Assembly: GCA_027450205.1 (NCBI GenBank)
Contig: DAIDJL010000004.1
Location: 75,932 to 139,931, forward strand
Source of the DNA: Candidatus Parcubacteria bacterium
GTDB lineage: Bacteria > Patescibacteriota > Minisyncoccia > UBA6257 > 2-01-FULL-56-20
DNA: 64,000 nucleotides
Reading direction: 5' to 3'
Positions 28,255 through 37,143 of the stretch are shown one piece after another. The position numbers and the translations under genes were made by a program. The notes beneath the pieces were generated by a model that saw only the letters and a program-made list of their open reading frames with translations, made no database searches and was not told the origin of the DNA. Numbering within the stretch: the stretch's first letter is position 1; every line of letters starts with the position of its first letter.

Positions 28255-28323
28255 ATAAAAACGTGCTAAATTAAATCCAGCAGATTCTCTGCTAGAGCCA
28301 CAATCTGTGGTAGGAGAATATCC

Positions 28324-28830
28324 ATGGAAAGAACGGAACCAGTTATGGTCGTGCCCCCCGTGTATTTACTTCCATCAATCGGACTTTGGCGTTGGTGCAA
28401 ACTTGGGGATGTCTGTGACCTAGTGCCAAACGTCGCAATGCTGGCTGGGAATACCTACGCACCTTCACTTGAGGAACTAGTGAGAGATTTCGCCGCACTG
28501 GTCCGACACAACGTAGCTCCCGAAGGTAGCCCTGCTGAAAAACCACCCGGCAAAAAAATGTTTCGTTATTCGTTTGGAGGAGATTTGCGTGCAACTGAGG
28601 TGTTGAGTCTTGGGCAAACCAACACCGACCCGCCGTACGTTCAGTTCAAACTTGATGACCCATTGAGTCGAGATATGTTTATTCCAGAGGGCTGGGCGCG
28701 AGATGTACTCCGCGCAATTCATGGTGGAGCAGTTGCGGCAGTTCAATGGGACAATCGACTTGTTGGATTTCCCGAGGATAAACAAAAAAGACTCATACCC
28801 CTCGGAAGGGCGAGAACGACGAAGGAGTAA
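28324..28830 (+). CDS. Hypothetical cassette protein
   Basis: AGGAG SD, conserved hairpin at 28844. Confidence 0.72.
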   Translation: MERTEPVMVVPPVYLLPSIGLWRWCKLGDVCDLVPNVAMLAGNTYAPSLEELVRDFAALVRHNVAPEGSPAEKPPGKKMFRYSFGGDLRATEVLSLGQTNTDPPYVQFKLDDPLSRDMFIPEGWARDVLRAIHGGAVAAVQWDNRLVGFPEDKQKRLIPLGRARTTKE

Positions 28831-28976
28831 TATGAGAACGCAAGGGGCGCACCAGCAACACCGGTGCGCCCTTTCTCTTTGCCCAGTCCTCAATCCTCCG
28901 GTGATGGGGGATTTTTGATTGACTGAGCTGCTCAATAATGATATATTACCGATAGTTCCAAAACGCAGGAGGCGTT

Positions 28977-29249
28977 ATGGCTATTGGACCGCACGATGTT
29001 CGTAAATTGACTTCGGATGAGATAATTCACGTCGAGCGTCTGGAGAAGGAAATTGACGCATGTCTTCGGGCGCAGAACGGCAGAAGGGGAAAGGAAGCGT
29101 CCTTCTCATCTAAAGAAATTGTAAATCAGACAGTTTTGGATGAGCTCGCGTCCCGTTACAGGGCCGCAGGATGGAAAGAAGTGAATCCTACGCTGGGCAC
29201 TGTGGGTTTTGCAATTCGATTTGCGAACCCCGCGGACTATCTCGACTAA
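28977..29249 (+). CDS. Small hypothetical cassette protein
   Basis: TTGACT promoter at 28919, AGGAGG SD. Confidence 0.72.
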   Translation: MAIGPHDVRKLTSDEIIHVERLEKEIDACLRAQNGRRGKEASFSSKEIVNQTVLDELASRYRAAGWKEVNPTLGTVGFAIRFANPADYLD

Positions 29250-29261
29250 AAAAGGAGGCGC

Positions 29262-29555
29262 ATGGAAGAAAAGGGATGCATGTATCGTCGCGTAGAAATA
29301 TCGTCAGAGCGCGGGGCGATATTCAAAAAAGTAGATTTCCACGGCACCCTCGCCGAATACAAGACGAACTTTGCATTACCGCACCTTGCACTAGCGGCGT
29401 GGAGTATTCGAAAAGCGGGGTACATATTGGTCTATCGTGCCGTGGAAGAATTTCCGTTTCTGCATGGCATCTTCGTACCGGATAGAGTTTCCCGCGAAGT
29501 AGTACTAAATCGGGTACGAGCAAGCTGGGGTGCGACGAGCCAATTACAGGACTGA
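29262..29555 (+). CDS. Small hypothetical cassette protein
   Basis: AAGGAGG SD, conserved hairpin at 29583. Confidence 0.65.
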   Translation: MEEKGCMYRRVEISSERGAIFKKVDFHGTLAEYKTNFALPHLALAAWSIRKAGYILVYRAVEEFPFLHGIFVPDRVSREVVLNRVRASWGATSQLQD

Positions 29556-29624
29556 TTCAGAATTGAGATGGGCACATAACAAGGGCGCACCAAGCAACAT
29601 GGCGCGCTCTTTTTTTGCCCCAGC

Positions 29625-29680
29625 TCCGGCTTATGGATTGCCAGCCGAGAACAGCTTCAGAAATGAGGCTGTTTTTGTTT
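29625..29680 (+). repeat. rnpB 3'-end duplication plus terminator (copy 4)
   Basis: TCCGGCTTATGGATTGCCAGCCGAGAACAGCTTCAGAAATGAGGCTGTTTTT. Confidence 0.9.
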
Positions 29681-29745
29681 ATCACTGTTTGATTTCTTAT
29701 AACTATCATTCTAGAATCCAGACAGTAATCCCACGAAAGGAATTT

Positions 29746-30072
29746 ATGGAAAACACGCTCAAAAAAGGCATTGATTACGTCGGCGTTACGGTGGTTTATT
29801 TTTGCCATGACGGGAATGGCAGGTTTGTGATGGCAAAGCGTAAGAACACCACCCGTGATGAATTTGGGCGGTGGGATATCGGTGGCGGAGGATTGGAATT
29901 CAACGACACAGTGGAAGGAACCCTTCGCAAGGAAATCAAAGAGGAATATTGTGCGGACGTCTTGGATTATGAATTCTTGGGCTACCGCGATGTTCACCGC
30001 GAACATGAAGGGAAGCCGACTCACTGGGTAGCGCTCGACTTCAAGGTCCGTATTGGAGCTGTTTTTGTTTGA
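29746..30072 (+). pseudogene. Nudix hydrolase, probably 3'-truncated
   Basis: Nudix box GGGLEFNDTVEGTLRKEIKEEY; ORF runs into half of the repeat terminator at 30054. Confidence 0.7.
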
Positions 30073-30151
30073 CATATCACATATTATAAATGTATAATAT
30101 AACCAGCTTTTAACGTCGAGCGAATATTCTGACTCCTGGAGGGTCGACACC

Positions 30152-30763
30152 ATGGTTCATCTTTTTCAGAACGAAATCTTTATGGGATGGCTGGCAGTAG
30201 CTATTATGCTTGCTGCCTATGCATCCCAACTGTGGAAAACGTGGCTCGGCCGTTCAGAGCCACATCCAATCGCATGGTTCGGATTCGGTCTCCTTACGGG
30301 GGTCGGTTACCTTGTCCAAATACAAGAAGGCGCGGCCAGTGGAAGCTGGGTTATGGGATTTACTTCCATTTTCTGTTTTCTCGTAGGCGGCCTGAGTATG
30401 TATAAGAAGCGGTGGCGAATGGCCGACTTTAGCAAATGGGACTGGGGAGCGCTTGTCGCAGGACTCCTACTTTTTGTGTTCTATCTGAGTTCAAAAACGT
30501 TGTCATGGGGACCATTCTTGTCGGCTATCCTCGCAACATCTGCTGATGTGGTTCTATATATCCCCATCTTCAGAAGGACGTGGTCACATCCCGTCAAAGA
30601 AACCGCGACTGCCTATGGATTGAACAGTCTTAAATTCATTCCGTCGCTCTTTGCTATGGGAGCATATTCCATAGCGACATGCCTCTATCCTGCAACACTG
30701 ATAGTTGTGAATGCATCTGTGGTGGTATGGCTTGTGTGGCGTCGCCGTATGGTTGCCGCATAG
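30152..30763 (+). CDS. Multi-pass membrane protein
   Basis: About 7 hydrophobic segments, GGAGG SD, conserved hairpin at 30778. Confidence 0.8.
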   Translation: MVHLFQNEIFMGWLAVAIMLAAYASQLWKTWLGRSEPHPIAWFGFGLLTGVGYLVQIQEGAASGSWVMGFTSIFCFLVGGLSMYKKRWRMADFSKWDWGALVAGLLLFVFYLSSKTLSWGPFLSAILATSADVVLYIPIFRRTWSHPVKETATAYGLNSLKFIPSLFAMGAYSIATCLYPATLIVVNASVVVWLVWRRRMVAA

Positions 30764-30939
30764 CATTCTTTCATACAGGGCGCACCAGCAACAACGGTGC
30801 GCCCTTTTTCTTTGCCAAGCCTGAGAACCCGCGCGAAAGCGCGGGTTTTTGATTGGCGCGCGCAGGAAAGCTTCAATGGCAACATTATTGACGATGACAC
30901 GTTCTTCCTTATAGACTCTTAGTAGTCGAGGAGGCCGTC

Positions 30940-31371
30940 ATGACGCGACCACTGCAAAAAGAAAACCTTCTTTGGAAGATAACCGCATGGCTCTCGCGCA
31001 ATGAGCCGCACGGGCACGAATTTTCGATCTGGGTCTCTCCATTGTTTCTTAAAACAGCAAAGCACCTTTCGTATGACGAGGAGCGGCTCCAGGCCTCCGT
31101 ACGGGCGCTTGCCGAAAAGGCCGGCATGAAGGTCTCGCAGGGATGCCGATATCTCTCCTTCGGAACATGGGGGCTTCAGGCGATAGATCTGCTTGATGGC
31201 GGACGATGCTTCCATTTGGAGATGTCATCCGAAGGAGGATTTATGTATACGGGCGGAAAGTGGGCGACGCATAACATCGATCACGCCGGGGACCAGTCTC
31301 TCTTGATGGCCATATGGCTCTTGTGGGCGCAGTTCGTCGAGGCGGAGATCGGTGCGCGTGGCAGTTCATGA
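30940..31371 (+). CDS. Hypothetical cassette protein
   Basis: GAGGAGG SD, hairpin at 31381-31407. Confidence 0.7.
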   Translation: MTRPLQKENLLWKITAWLSRNEPHGHEFSIWVSPLFLKTAKHLSYDEERLQASVRALAEKAGMKVSQGCRYLSFGTWGLQAIDLLDGGRCFHLEMSSEGGFMYTGGKWATHNIDHAGDQSLLMAIWLLWAQFVEAEIGARGSS

Positions 31372-31420
31372 ATGCAGCACGGGCAGCTTCGAACACACGA
31401 GGCTGCCTGTTTTCTTTCTT

Positions 31421-31437
31421 GCTTATGGATTGCCAGC
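31421..31437 (+). repeat. rnpB 3'-end duplication (distal copy 5, array boundary)
   Basis: GCTTATGGATTGCCAGC. Confidence 0.85.
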
Positions 31438-31690
31438 AACGGGCATGTGCGGGAGCGGCAGGCGGGGATTCATGAAGAAAATGGGTAGCGGGCTCGTGAG
31501 CCCGCTACCCATGGTACAGCAACCGGTGGAACAATGAGCAACCGCACGAAGCATCCAATGCCGTGTATGCATATTGTCCTCCTTTTCCGTAAAGTAGTTA
31601 CTGTTAATTCCATTATAGCAGAGCTGTCAATAGGTAAAATACGTTCTCCGGTCAACTCCGGGATCAAAAGAAACGAGAAGTTACTAAGAG

Positions 31691-32632
31691 TTAGAACAGC
31701 CGCCAGCTAAAGAGTCCCCATTGCTTTTGCTCTTGCACTGCAAGTTCCTGGAGGCGATTCTGTTCATTCGTCATCGTTTGGATCTGGGCCTGAAGCGTCG
31801 CTTTTACATCCGTCGTTGAGCTTGCCTGATTGAGCAACTGCGTTATTTGCGTGATACGCGCCTGGTTCTGGGCAACTTCCTGTTGTATCGCAGCAGCGTG
31901 AACCGCATCGCCGCCGAAGAAGAAGTGTGACAATGCACCGCGCGCGTTGATGGCCTGCTCCGCATTCGCTATCGCGCCCGAGGAATCATCTATTTGTCCC
32001 GCGATCGCCGCTATTTGCGAACCATTATTTCCGAGCAGGTTTTGCGCGGCGATGAGCGCATAGGCCGCCAGTCGTATCTGGTTCTGATTTTGTATGACGT
32101 TTTGTGCGGCGGCGGTGCTTGTGCTACCGGTACTGGTGGCTGCCTGTTCCATCTCGCGTTCCCGCTCCTGTATCATTTGATGCAGTTGGGATCCGTTCTG
32201 TGCGGTAGTGGAAGGAAGCTGCAGGTTGATGCGCACCTGTTCCTGTTCGCGGAAACGCTCTTGCCCACCGGGGCTCGTTGTTGAGATCGTTGAGGTTGTC
32301 GCGCCCATGATCACGCTTGAGGTGGTGCTTTGCTGAATGCGATCACGATCCCTCGTTTGCAATTGGTCAGGTTCCGTACCGGTGTGCGTGCTTGGATCCC
32401 GGATCTGGTCTTGGGTGCGAAGCTGATCTTGGGTTCCCAAACCTGCGCCGGTATTGACCGCAGCTCCCGTCGTGGCGGCGGCACTTCCACCACCACCGGC
32501 CCCTCCGCCTCCACCGCTACTTCCTCCACCACCGCCCCCTCCTCCTCCGGCCGCCAGCACGATGCTAAAACCAGCGAGCGTTGTCGCCAAGAAAAGGATG
32601 TACCCGGTGATTCTTGTATTTTTTATGTTCAT
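31691..32632 (-). CDS. Secreted low-complexity/coiled-coil protein
   Basis: Signal peptide, poly-Gly, QDQ-rich repeats, Gln-rich coiled coil. Confidence 0.8.
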   Translation of the reverse strand: MNIKNTRITGYILFLATTLAGFSIVLAAGGGGGGGGGSSGGGGGAGGGGSAAATTGAAVNTGAGLGTQDQLRTQDQIRDPSTHTGTEPDQLQTRDRDRIQQSTTSSVIMGATTSTISTTSPGGQERFREQEQVRINLQLPSTTAQNGSQLHQMIQEREREMEQAATSTGSTSTAAAQNVIQNQNQIRLAAYALIAAQNLLGNNGSQIAAIAGQIDDSSGAIANAEQAINARGALSHFFFGGDAVHAAAIQQEVAQNQARITQITQLLNQASSTTDVKATLQAQIQTMTNEQNRLQELAVQEQKQWGLFSWRLF

Positions 32633-32823
32633 TGTTTTGTTTTATAAGGAGGCTGTTGCCTGCCCGTTGATTGTTACAGATAAATATGGTGAAATATTAC
32701 ATTTTTCAGGATGGCTCCGGGCGTAACATTTCGTTTTGTATTGCGTATCATGTACAATATGGATATGTAGGGTTGTGTATAAAAGGTCGAAACGAGAATG
32801 AATAAATCAGTAAAAAAATAAAA

Positions 32824-34176
32824 ATGCGTAAATTATTTTCTTTAGGTTCGGCATTGATGTTCGTCGCCGTCGCGGGGACGGCAGTGCTTCCTGTTGCCGC
32901 GTCCGCACAAACAACGACGGCGAGTTCCAGTATTCAGGCGCAATTGGATCTGATCGCCAGTTTGACCGCCCAGATCCAGGCGCTTCAGCAACAGATCCAG
33001 GCGCTTCAGCAACAGCAGCAGACGGCGACCGCGTCGCTCGTAAGTTCGCTTTCTCTCGGTTCGCAGGGCGATCAGGTAAAGGTCCTGCAGGCATTGCTTG
33101 CGGCAAATCCTAATATCTATCCGCAAGGATTGATCACGGGCTATTACGGCCCTCTTACCGAACAGGCGGTGAGGCGCTTCCAGCAGCAGAACGGCATCGA
33201 TCCGATCGGCATCGTCGGACCGCAAACGCGTGCGAAATTGAATGCGGAGATGGAAAACAATCCGATTTCTTTTGAGGATGCGTCCGGAACGTCCTCTGGC
33301 TCCATTTCCACAAGTACGCCGACCTTCAGCGTCAATGGGGGCGAAGGGGAAAATCAGAATCAGAATCAGAACCAGAACCAGAATCAGAACAATGATCAGA
33401 ATGGAAATGGCGAAGGAGATCATCGCCAGATATGCGCCATAGTTCCTCCGGGACATTTGATCGCGCCGGGATGGTTGCGGAAAGGCGAGGGAGAGAATGA
33501 GACCCCGATCATCCCTCCGTGCCAGACGCTGCCGCCGGGCATTGTGAATCAGCTTCCGACATCGACGCCCGTCACTCCGACGTCAACTCCGACGACCACG
33601 GTCGCACTCGCGATCTCCGGCGTGGCTGCGTCCGTGACGACGAGCACCGCGACGGTAAGCTGGACCACGAACGCGCAGGCGAATTCGCAGGTCATGTACG
33701 GGACGTCCTCCGCGTACGGTTCGAGCACCGAGCTTGATTCCGCGCTTGAGACTTCGCATACGGAAACGATCACGGGGCTCGCAGCGAGCACGACGTATCA
33801 TTTCCAGGTGGTTTCCGTGAACGCGTCGGGTACGGCTACGTCCTCCGATATGACGTTCACGACGAATGCGCTTCCCGTAGTTGTGACGTTGCCGGTGGTC
33901 TCGGCAGTCACTTCTTCTGCAGCGAGCACGACCGCCAGCGTCTCGTGGACGACTAACGTTCCTGCGACGAGCGAGGTTTATTATGGAACGGCGAATCCGC
34001 TTGATATCACAAGCACGAGCACCGCGTCCGTAAGCACCTCCACCCTCGTGACGAGCCATACGCTCGCGTTGTCGGGTTTGGCCGCCAGCACGACCTATTA
34101 CTTCGTTGTTCAGTCAGCCGATGCCTCGGCGAACATGGCGACCTCTTCCCAGATGTCGTTTGTGACGACGCAGTAG
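32824..34176 (+). CDS. Secreted peptidoglycan-binding protein with two FN3-like domains
   Basis: LSLGSQGDQVKVLQ..TGYYGPLTEQAVRRFQ; two SWTTN..GLAASTTY repeats; PPGHLIAPGW. Confidence 0.88.
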   Translation: MRKLFSLGSALMFVAVAGTAVLPVAASAQTTTASSSIQAQLDLIASLTAQIQALQQQIQALQQQQQTATASLVSSLSLGSQGDQVKVLQALLAANPNIYPQGLITGYYGPLTEQAVRRFQQQNGIDPIGIVGPQTRAKLNAEMENNPISFEDASGTSSGSISTSTPTFSVNGGEGENQNQNQNQNQNQNNDQNGNGEGDHRQICAIVPPGHLIAPGWLRKGEGENETPIIPPCQTLPPGIVNQLPTSTPVTPTSTPTTTVALAISGVAASVTTSTATVSWTTNAQANSQVMYGTSSAYGSSTELDSALETSHTETITGLAASTTYHFQVVSVNASGTATSSDMTFTTNALPVVVTLPVVSAVTSSAASTTASVSWTTNVPATSEVYYGTANPLDITSTSTASVSTSTLVTSHTLALSGLAASTTYYFVVQSADASANMATSSQMSFVTTQ

Positions 34177-34322
34177 AAAAGATCGGTTGTGCGCAAGTGG
34201 CGCCATCAGACAGCAAAAACGCCCCTTCTTGGGGCGTTTTTGCTGTCTGATTCGTTGACAATAAAAACAATAAAGGCTAGTCTTTTTTTGTATTTTGTAC
34301 CTTGATAAGGAGGAGTTCGGCC

Positions 34323-34853
34323 ATGAACGACTATTTCCGCTGGTCTTTGTCTCAGGTCTTTCGTTTTGGCGATACGAGATCCATGTTCGAACTTGCGTTT
34401 TGGATCTTGCTGATTCGCTGGGCCGCGTTCTTTCGTTTTTTTCACCGCCGGGTGAGGAAGGGTCCTATCCGCATGTCGGCGGGGTATATCGTGTGTGCGC
34501 TCACGTTCGCGCCCATTCTGGAGGAAGTGGAATTTCGTCTCCCGATCCTTTGGTTTGCGGACCATGGAAAAATGATGGCGGCGATCGGAACCATATTCGG
34601 GTCGGCGTTCGTTTTTGGGATCGTCCATTTTTTTGAAGAAGTGCGATATGTGGATGGGACGAGGCCCCGCGAATGGGCTTCTATCCTCAATACGGCCTTT
34701 GGAGGTTTTGTGTACGGTTCACTCACGCTGCTTTCCCGATCTATCTGGCCGGGCATATATCTCCATTATCTATGGAACGGTTCCGCGGTCATCTATCAGT
34801 TCCTGCCATTGGAGAGGCAGCGGACCGTGGCACGATTGTTCGGCGAAACGTAA
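34323..34853 (+). CDS. CPBP (CAAX/Abi) intramembrane metalloprotease
   Basis: APILEEVEFR, FGIVH, HYLWN; own promoter, AAGGAGG SD and terminator 34868-34899. Confidence 0.85.
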   Translation: MNDYFRWSLSQVFRFGDTRSMFELAFWILLIRWAAFFRFFHRRVRKGPIRMSAGYIVCALTFAPILEEVEFRLPILWFADHGKMMAAIGTIFGSAFVFGIVHFFEEVRYVDGTRPREWASILNTAFGGFVYGSLTLLSRSIWPGIYLHYLWNGSAVIYQFLPLERQRTVARLFGET

Positions 34854-34916
34854 ACTTGTTCCTGTGGACGGGCCCCTGATGTAGGGGCCCGCTTTTTTTG
34901 CTATAATGGTCCTATT

Positions 34917-35963
34917 ATGCGCACTAAAATAATAGCCACCATCGGTCCGGTCTCAGATTCTGCGGAAATGATACGGCGGTTCGTCGACGAGGGCATGGAT
35001 ATTGCCCGCGTCAATTTTTCCCATTGCACCGAAAAGAACTTTCTTCTCTATAAGAAGCGCATCGCTGCCGCGTCGCGCGCCGCGGGGCGGAAGATCCCCA
35101 TCATGCAAGACCTCCAGGGTCCGCGAATACGCGTCGGCGAGCTTCCCGCGGAAGGATATCGGCTGGTCGAAGGGGATACGGTCGTTTTTTCGACAAAGAA
35201 GAACGACATTGAAAAGAACGGCGTGCGCGTGATCTTTGTGGACAGCCCAAAACTTCACGCCGATATGCGGACCGGCGAATTGATCTATCTTGCGAACGGC
35301 GATATGGAACTCGTCGTTACGCGCATTTCCGGAAACCGCATCTTTGCGCGTGTCGCGCGCGGCGGAACACTGTATTCGCGCAAAGGCGTGAATCTTCCGA
35401 ATACGAAGCTTTCCAACTCGGGCCTGACCGCAAAGGACGTCCACGACGTGGCGTTCGGCCTCGCGCACGGCGTGAAGATCTTTGCGATCTCTTTCGTGCA
35501 GTCGGCCGGGGATGTTGAAGCGCTTCGCAGGATCGTCGGGGTGTCCAATAAAGGAGTGAAGATCGTTGCAAAAATCGAGACGGCGCTCGGCGTCAGGAAT
35601 ATCGACAGCATCATTCATGCGTCTGATGCGATCATGATCGCCCGCGGCGACCTGGGCATCGAGATCGCGCCGGAAAAGATCCCGTTCATCCAAAAGAACT
35701 TGATCCGTCACGCAAGTTGGTATGGCAAAGGGAGCATCACCGCCACGCAGATGCTCACGTCGATGGTCGATCACCAGCGGCCCACGCGCGCCGAGGTGTC
35801 GGATATCGCAAACGCCGTCTGGGACGGAACCGACGCCGTGATGCTCTCCGACGAGACCGCGAGCGGCAGCTATCCGCTTGAATCGCTGAAGATGATGGTC
35901 CGCGTGGTCGCCCAGGCGGAATCCTCGCGTTTTGAACGGACGAATCCGCTGGGGGAGTGGTAG
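34917..35963 (+). CDS. pyk: Pyruvate kinase (lacks C-terminal domain)
   Basis: RTKIIATIGP, DLQGPRIR, AKIET, ARGDLG, ATQML, DAVMLSDETA. Confidence 0.95.
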   Translation: MRTKIIATIGPVSDSAEMIRRFVDEGMDIARVNFSHCTEKNFLLYKKRIAAASRAAGRKIPIMQDLQGPRIRVGELPAEGYRLVEGDTVVFSTKKNDIEKNGVRVIFVDSPKLHADMRTGELIYLANGDMELVVTRISGNRIFARVARGGTLYSRKGVNLPNTKLSNSGLTAKDVHDVAFGLAHGVKIFAISFVQSAGDVEALRRIVGVSNKGVKIVAKIETALGVRNIDSIIHASDAIMIARGDLGIEIAPEKIPFIQKNLIRHASWYGKGSITATQMLTSMVDHQRPTRAEVSDIANAVWDGTDAVMLSDETASGSYPLESLKMMVRVVAQAESSRFERTNPLGEW

Positions 35964-35980
35964 TGCGCGGTTTGGTCAGT

Positions 35981-37099
35981 TCATCGCACCGATCGGTATC
36001 CTCCCGGCACTCCTTCTTTCGATAAGACAACCTGCCATAGTTCGACGTTGCGCGCGCGGAAGGATCCGGCGCATGCGAGGAGATAATATTTCCACATGCG
36101 GTAGAATGTTTTTCCGTACTTGGCGGCGATTTCGGGCCAGTGCCCGTCGAAATTTTTGAACCACGCCATGAGCGTCTTGTCGTAATCGGCGCCGAAGTTA
36201 TGCCAGTCTTCCATTACGAACCGCATTTCTATCGCGCCGCCGATCTGCGCGATCGTGGGGAGCGCGCCATTCGGGAAAATGTATTTGTCTATCCACGCAT
36301 CAGTGGGCCCGTGGTCGGCGTTCGTGCCGATCGTATGGAGGAGAAAAAGCCCACCGTCCTTTAGATGATTGCGTACGACGTCCATATATTCTTCGTAATG
36401 CTTCGTTCCCACATGCTCGAACATGCCAAGGGAAACGATATGGTCGAACATGCCGGCAAGGTCGCGATAATCCTGCAGGCGGAATTCCACGGGCAGGCCT
36501 TTGCAGAGCTCGGCGCCAAGCGCCGCCTGCTCTTTGGAGACCGTGAGTCCCGTCACGCGGGCTCCATATTTTTCCGCGGCGAACTTTGCAAAACTTCCCC
36601 ATCCGCAGCCGATGTCCAGCACGTGTTGACCTGGCTTGAGGCCGATCTTGCGGCAGACAAGGTCAAGTTTCGCCTCCTGCGCTTCATCGAGCGTTTTCGC
36701 ATCCTTCCAATATCCGCAGGTGTAGGTCATGCGTTTATCGAGCATCCGCACAAAAAGATCGTTGCCGATATCATAATGATGTTTACCAATGTCGAATGCG
36801 CGGCGTTTCGCGCCGCGCCGGCCAGCGGTGAAGGCCGAAAGGTATGCCGTAACGTTCTTGAATGAAGCGCGCGCTTTGTCCGCGACGCGCGCGCGGAAAA
36901 GATGCGCAATGAGTTCGTCAACCGCATCGCTGTCCCAGTCTCCCGCCATATACGCTTCGCCGAACGCCAGGCTGCCGCCGCGCACGACCGACGCATAGAG
37001 GCCGTTGTTGTTCACGCGGACATCCCATGGCCGCCCACCGCCTATCGCTATGTCCGCCTCCTTGAGCAGCTCTTCGATCACTGCCTTTGCCCGGTCCAT
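35981..37099 (-). CDS. cfa: Cyclopropane-fatty-acyl-phospholipid synthase
   Basis: HYDIGNDLF, LDIGCGWG, SLGMFEHVG, YIFPNG. Confidence 0.93.
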   Translation of the reverse strand: MDRAKAVIEELLKEADIAIGGGRPWDVRVNNNGLYASVVRGGSLAFGEAYMAGDWDSDAVDELIAHLFRARVADKARASFKNVTAYLSAFTAGRRGAKRRAFDIGKHHYDIGNDLFVRMLDKRMTYTCGYWKDAKTLDEAQEAKLDLVCRKIGLKPGQHVLDIGCGWGSFAKFAAEKYGARVTGLTVSKEQAALGAELCKGLPVEFRLQDYRDLAGMFDHIVSLGMFEHVGTKHYEEYMDVVRNHLKDGGLFLLHTIGTNADHGPTDAWIDKYIFPNGALPTIAQIGGAIEMRFVMEDWHNFGADYDKTLMAWFKNFDGHWPEIAAKYGKTFYRMWKYYLLACAGSFRARNVELWQVVLSKEGVPGGYRSVR

Positions 37100-37143
37100 T
37101 TTTTAATAATATCAAATTTGCCGAATCTGCTAAACTAATAGCA

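Larger units (their letters stand above)
25820..31437 (+). mobile_element. Cassette array / accreted island at the rnpB 3' end
   Basis: GCTTAYGGATTGCCAGC at 25820, 26224, 28204, 29629, 31421; second hairpin repeat at 26115, 26805, 28844, 29583, 30778. Confidence 0.8.

Noticed and set aside
25820-31437. CRISPR array interpretation of the 17-bp repeats
   Set aside because: Spacing is 0.4-2 kb and irregular, the repeat is the rnpB 3' end, and no cas genes are present.
32971-33390. Tandem repeats (21-bp x2; AAYCAG x6)
   Set aside because: In-frame low-complexity coding repeats, unit lengths multiples of 3, so not phase-variable.
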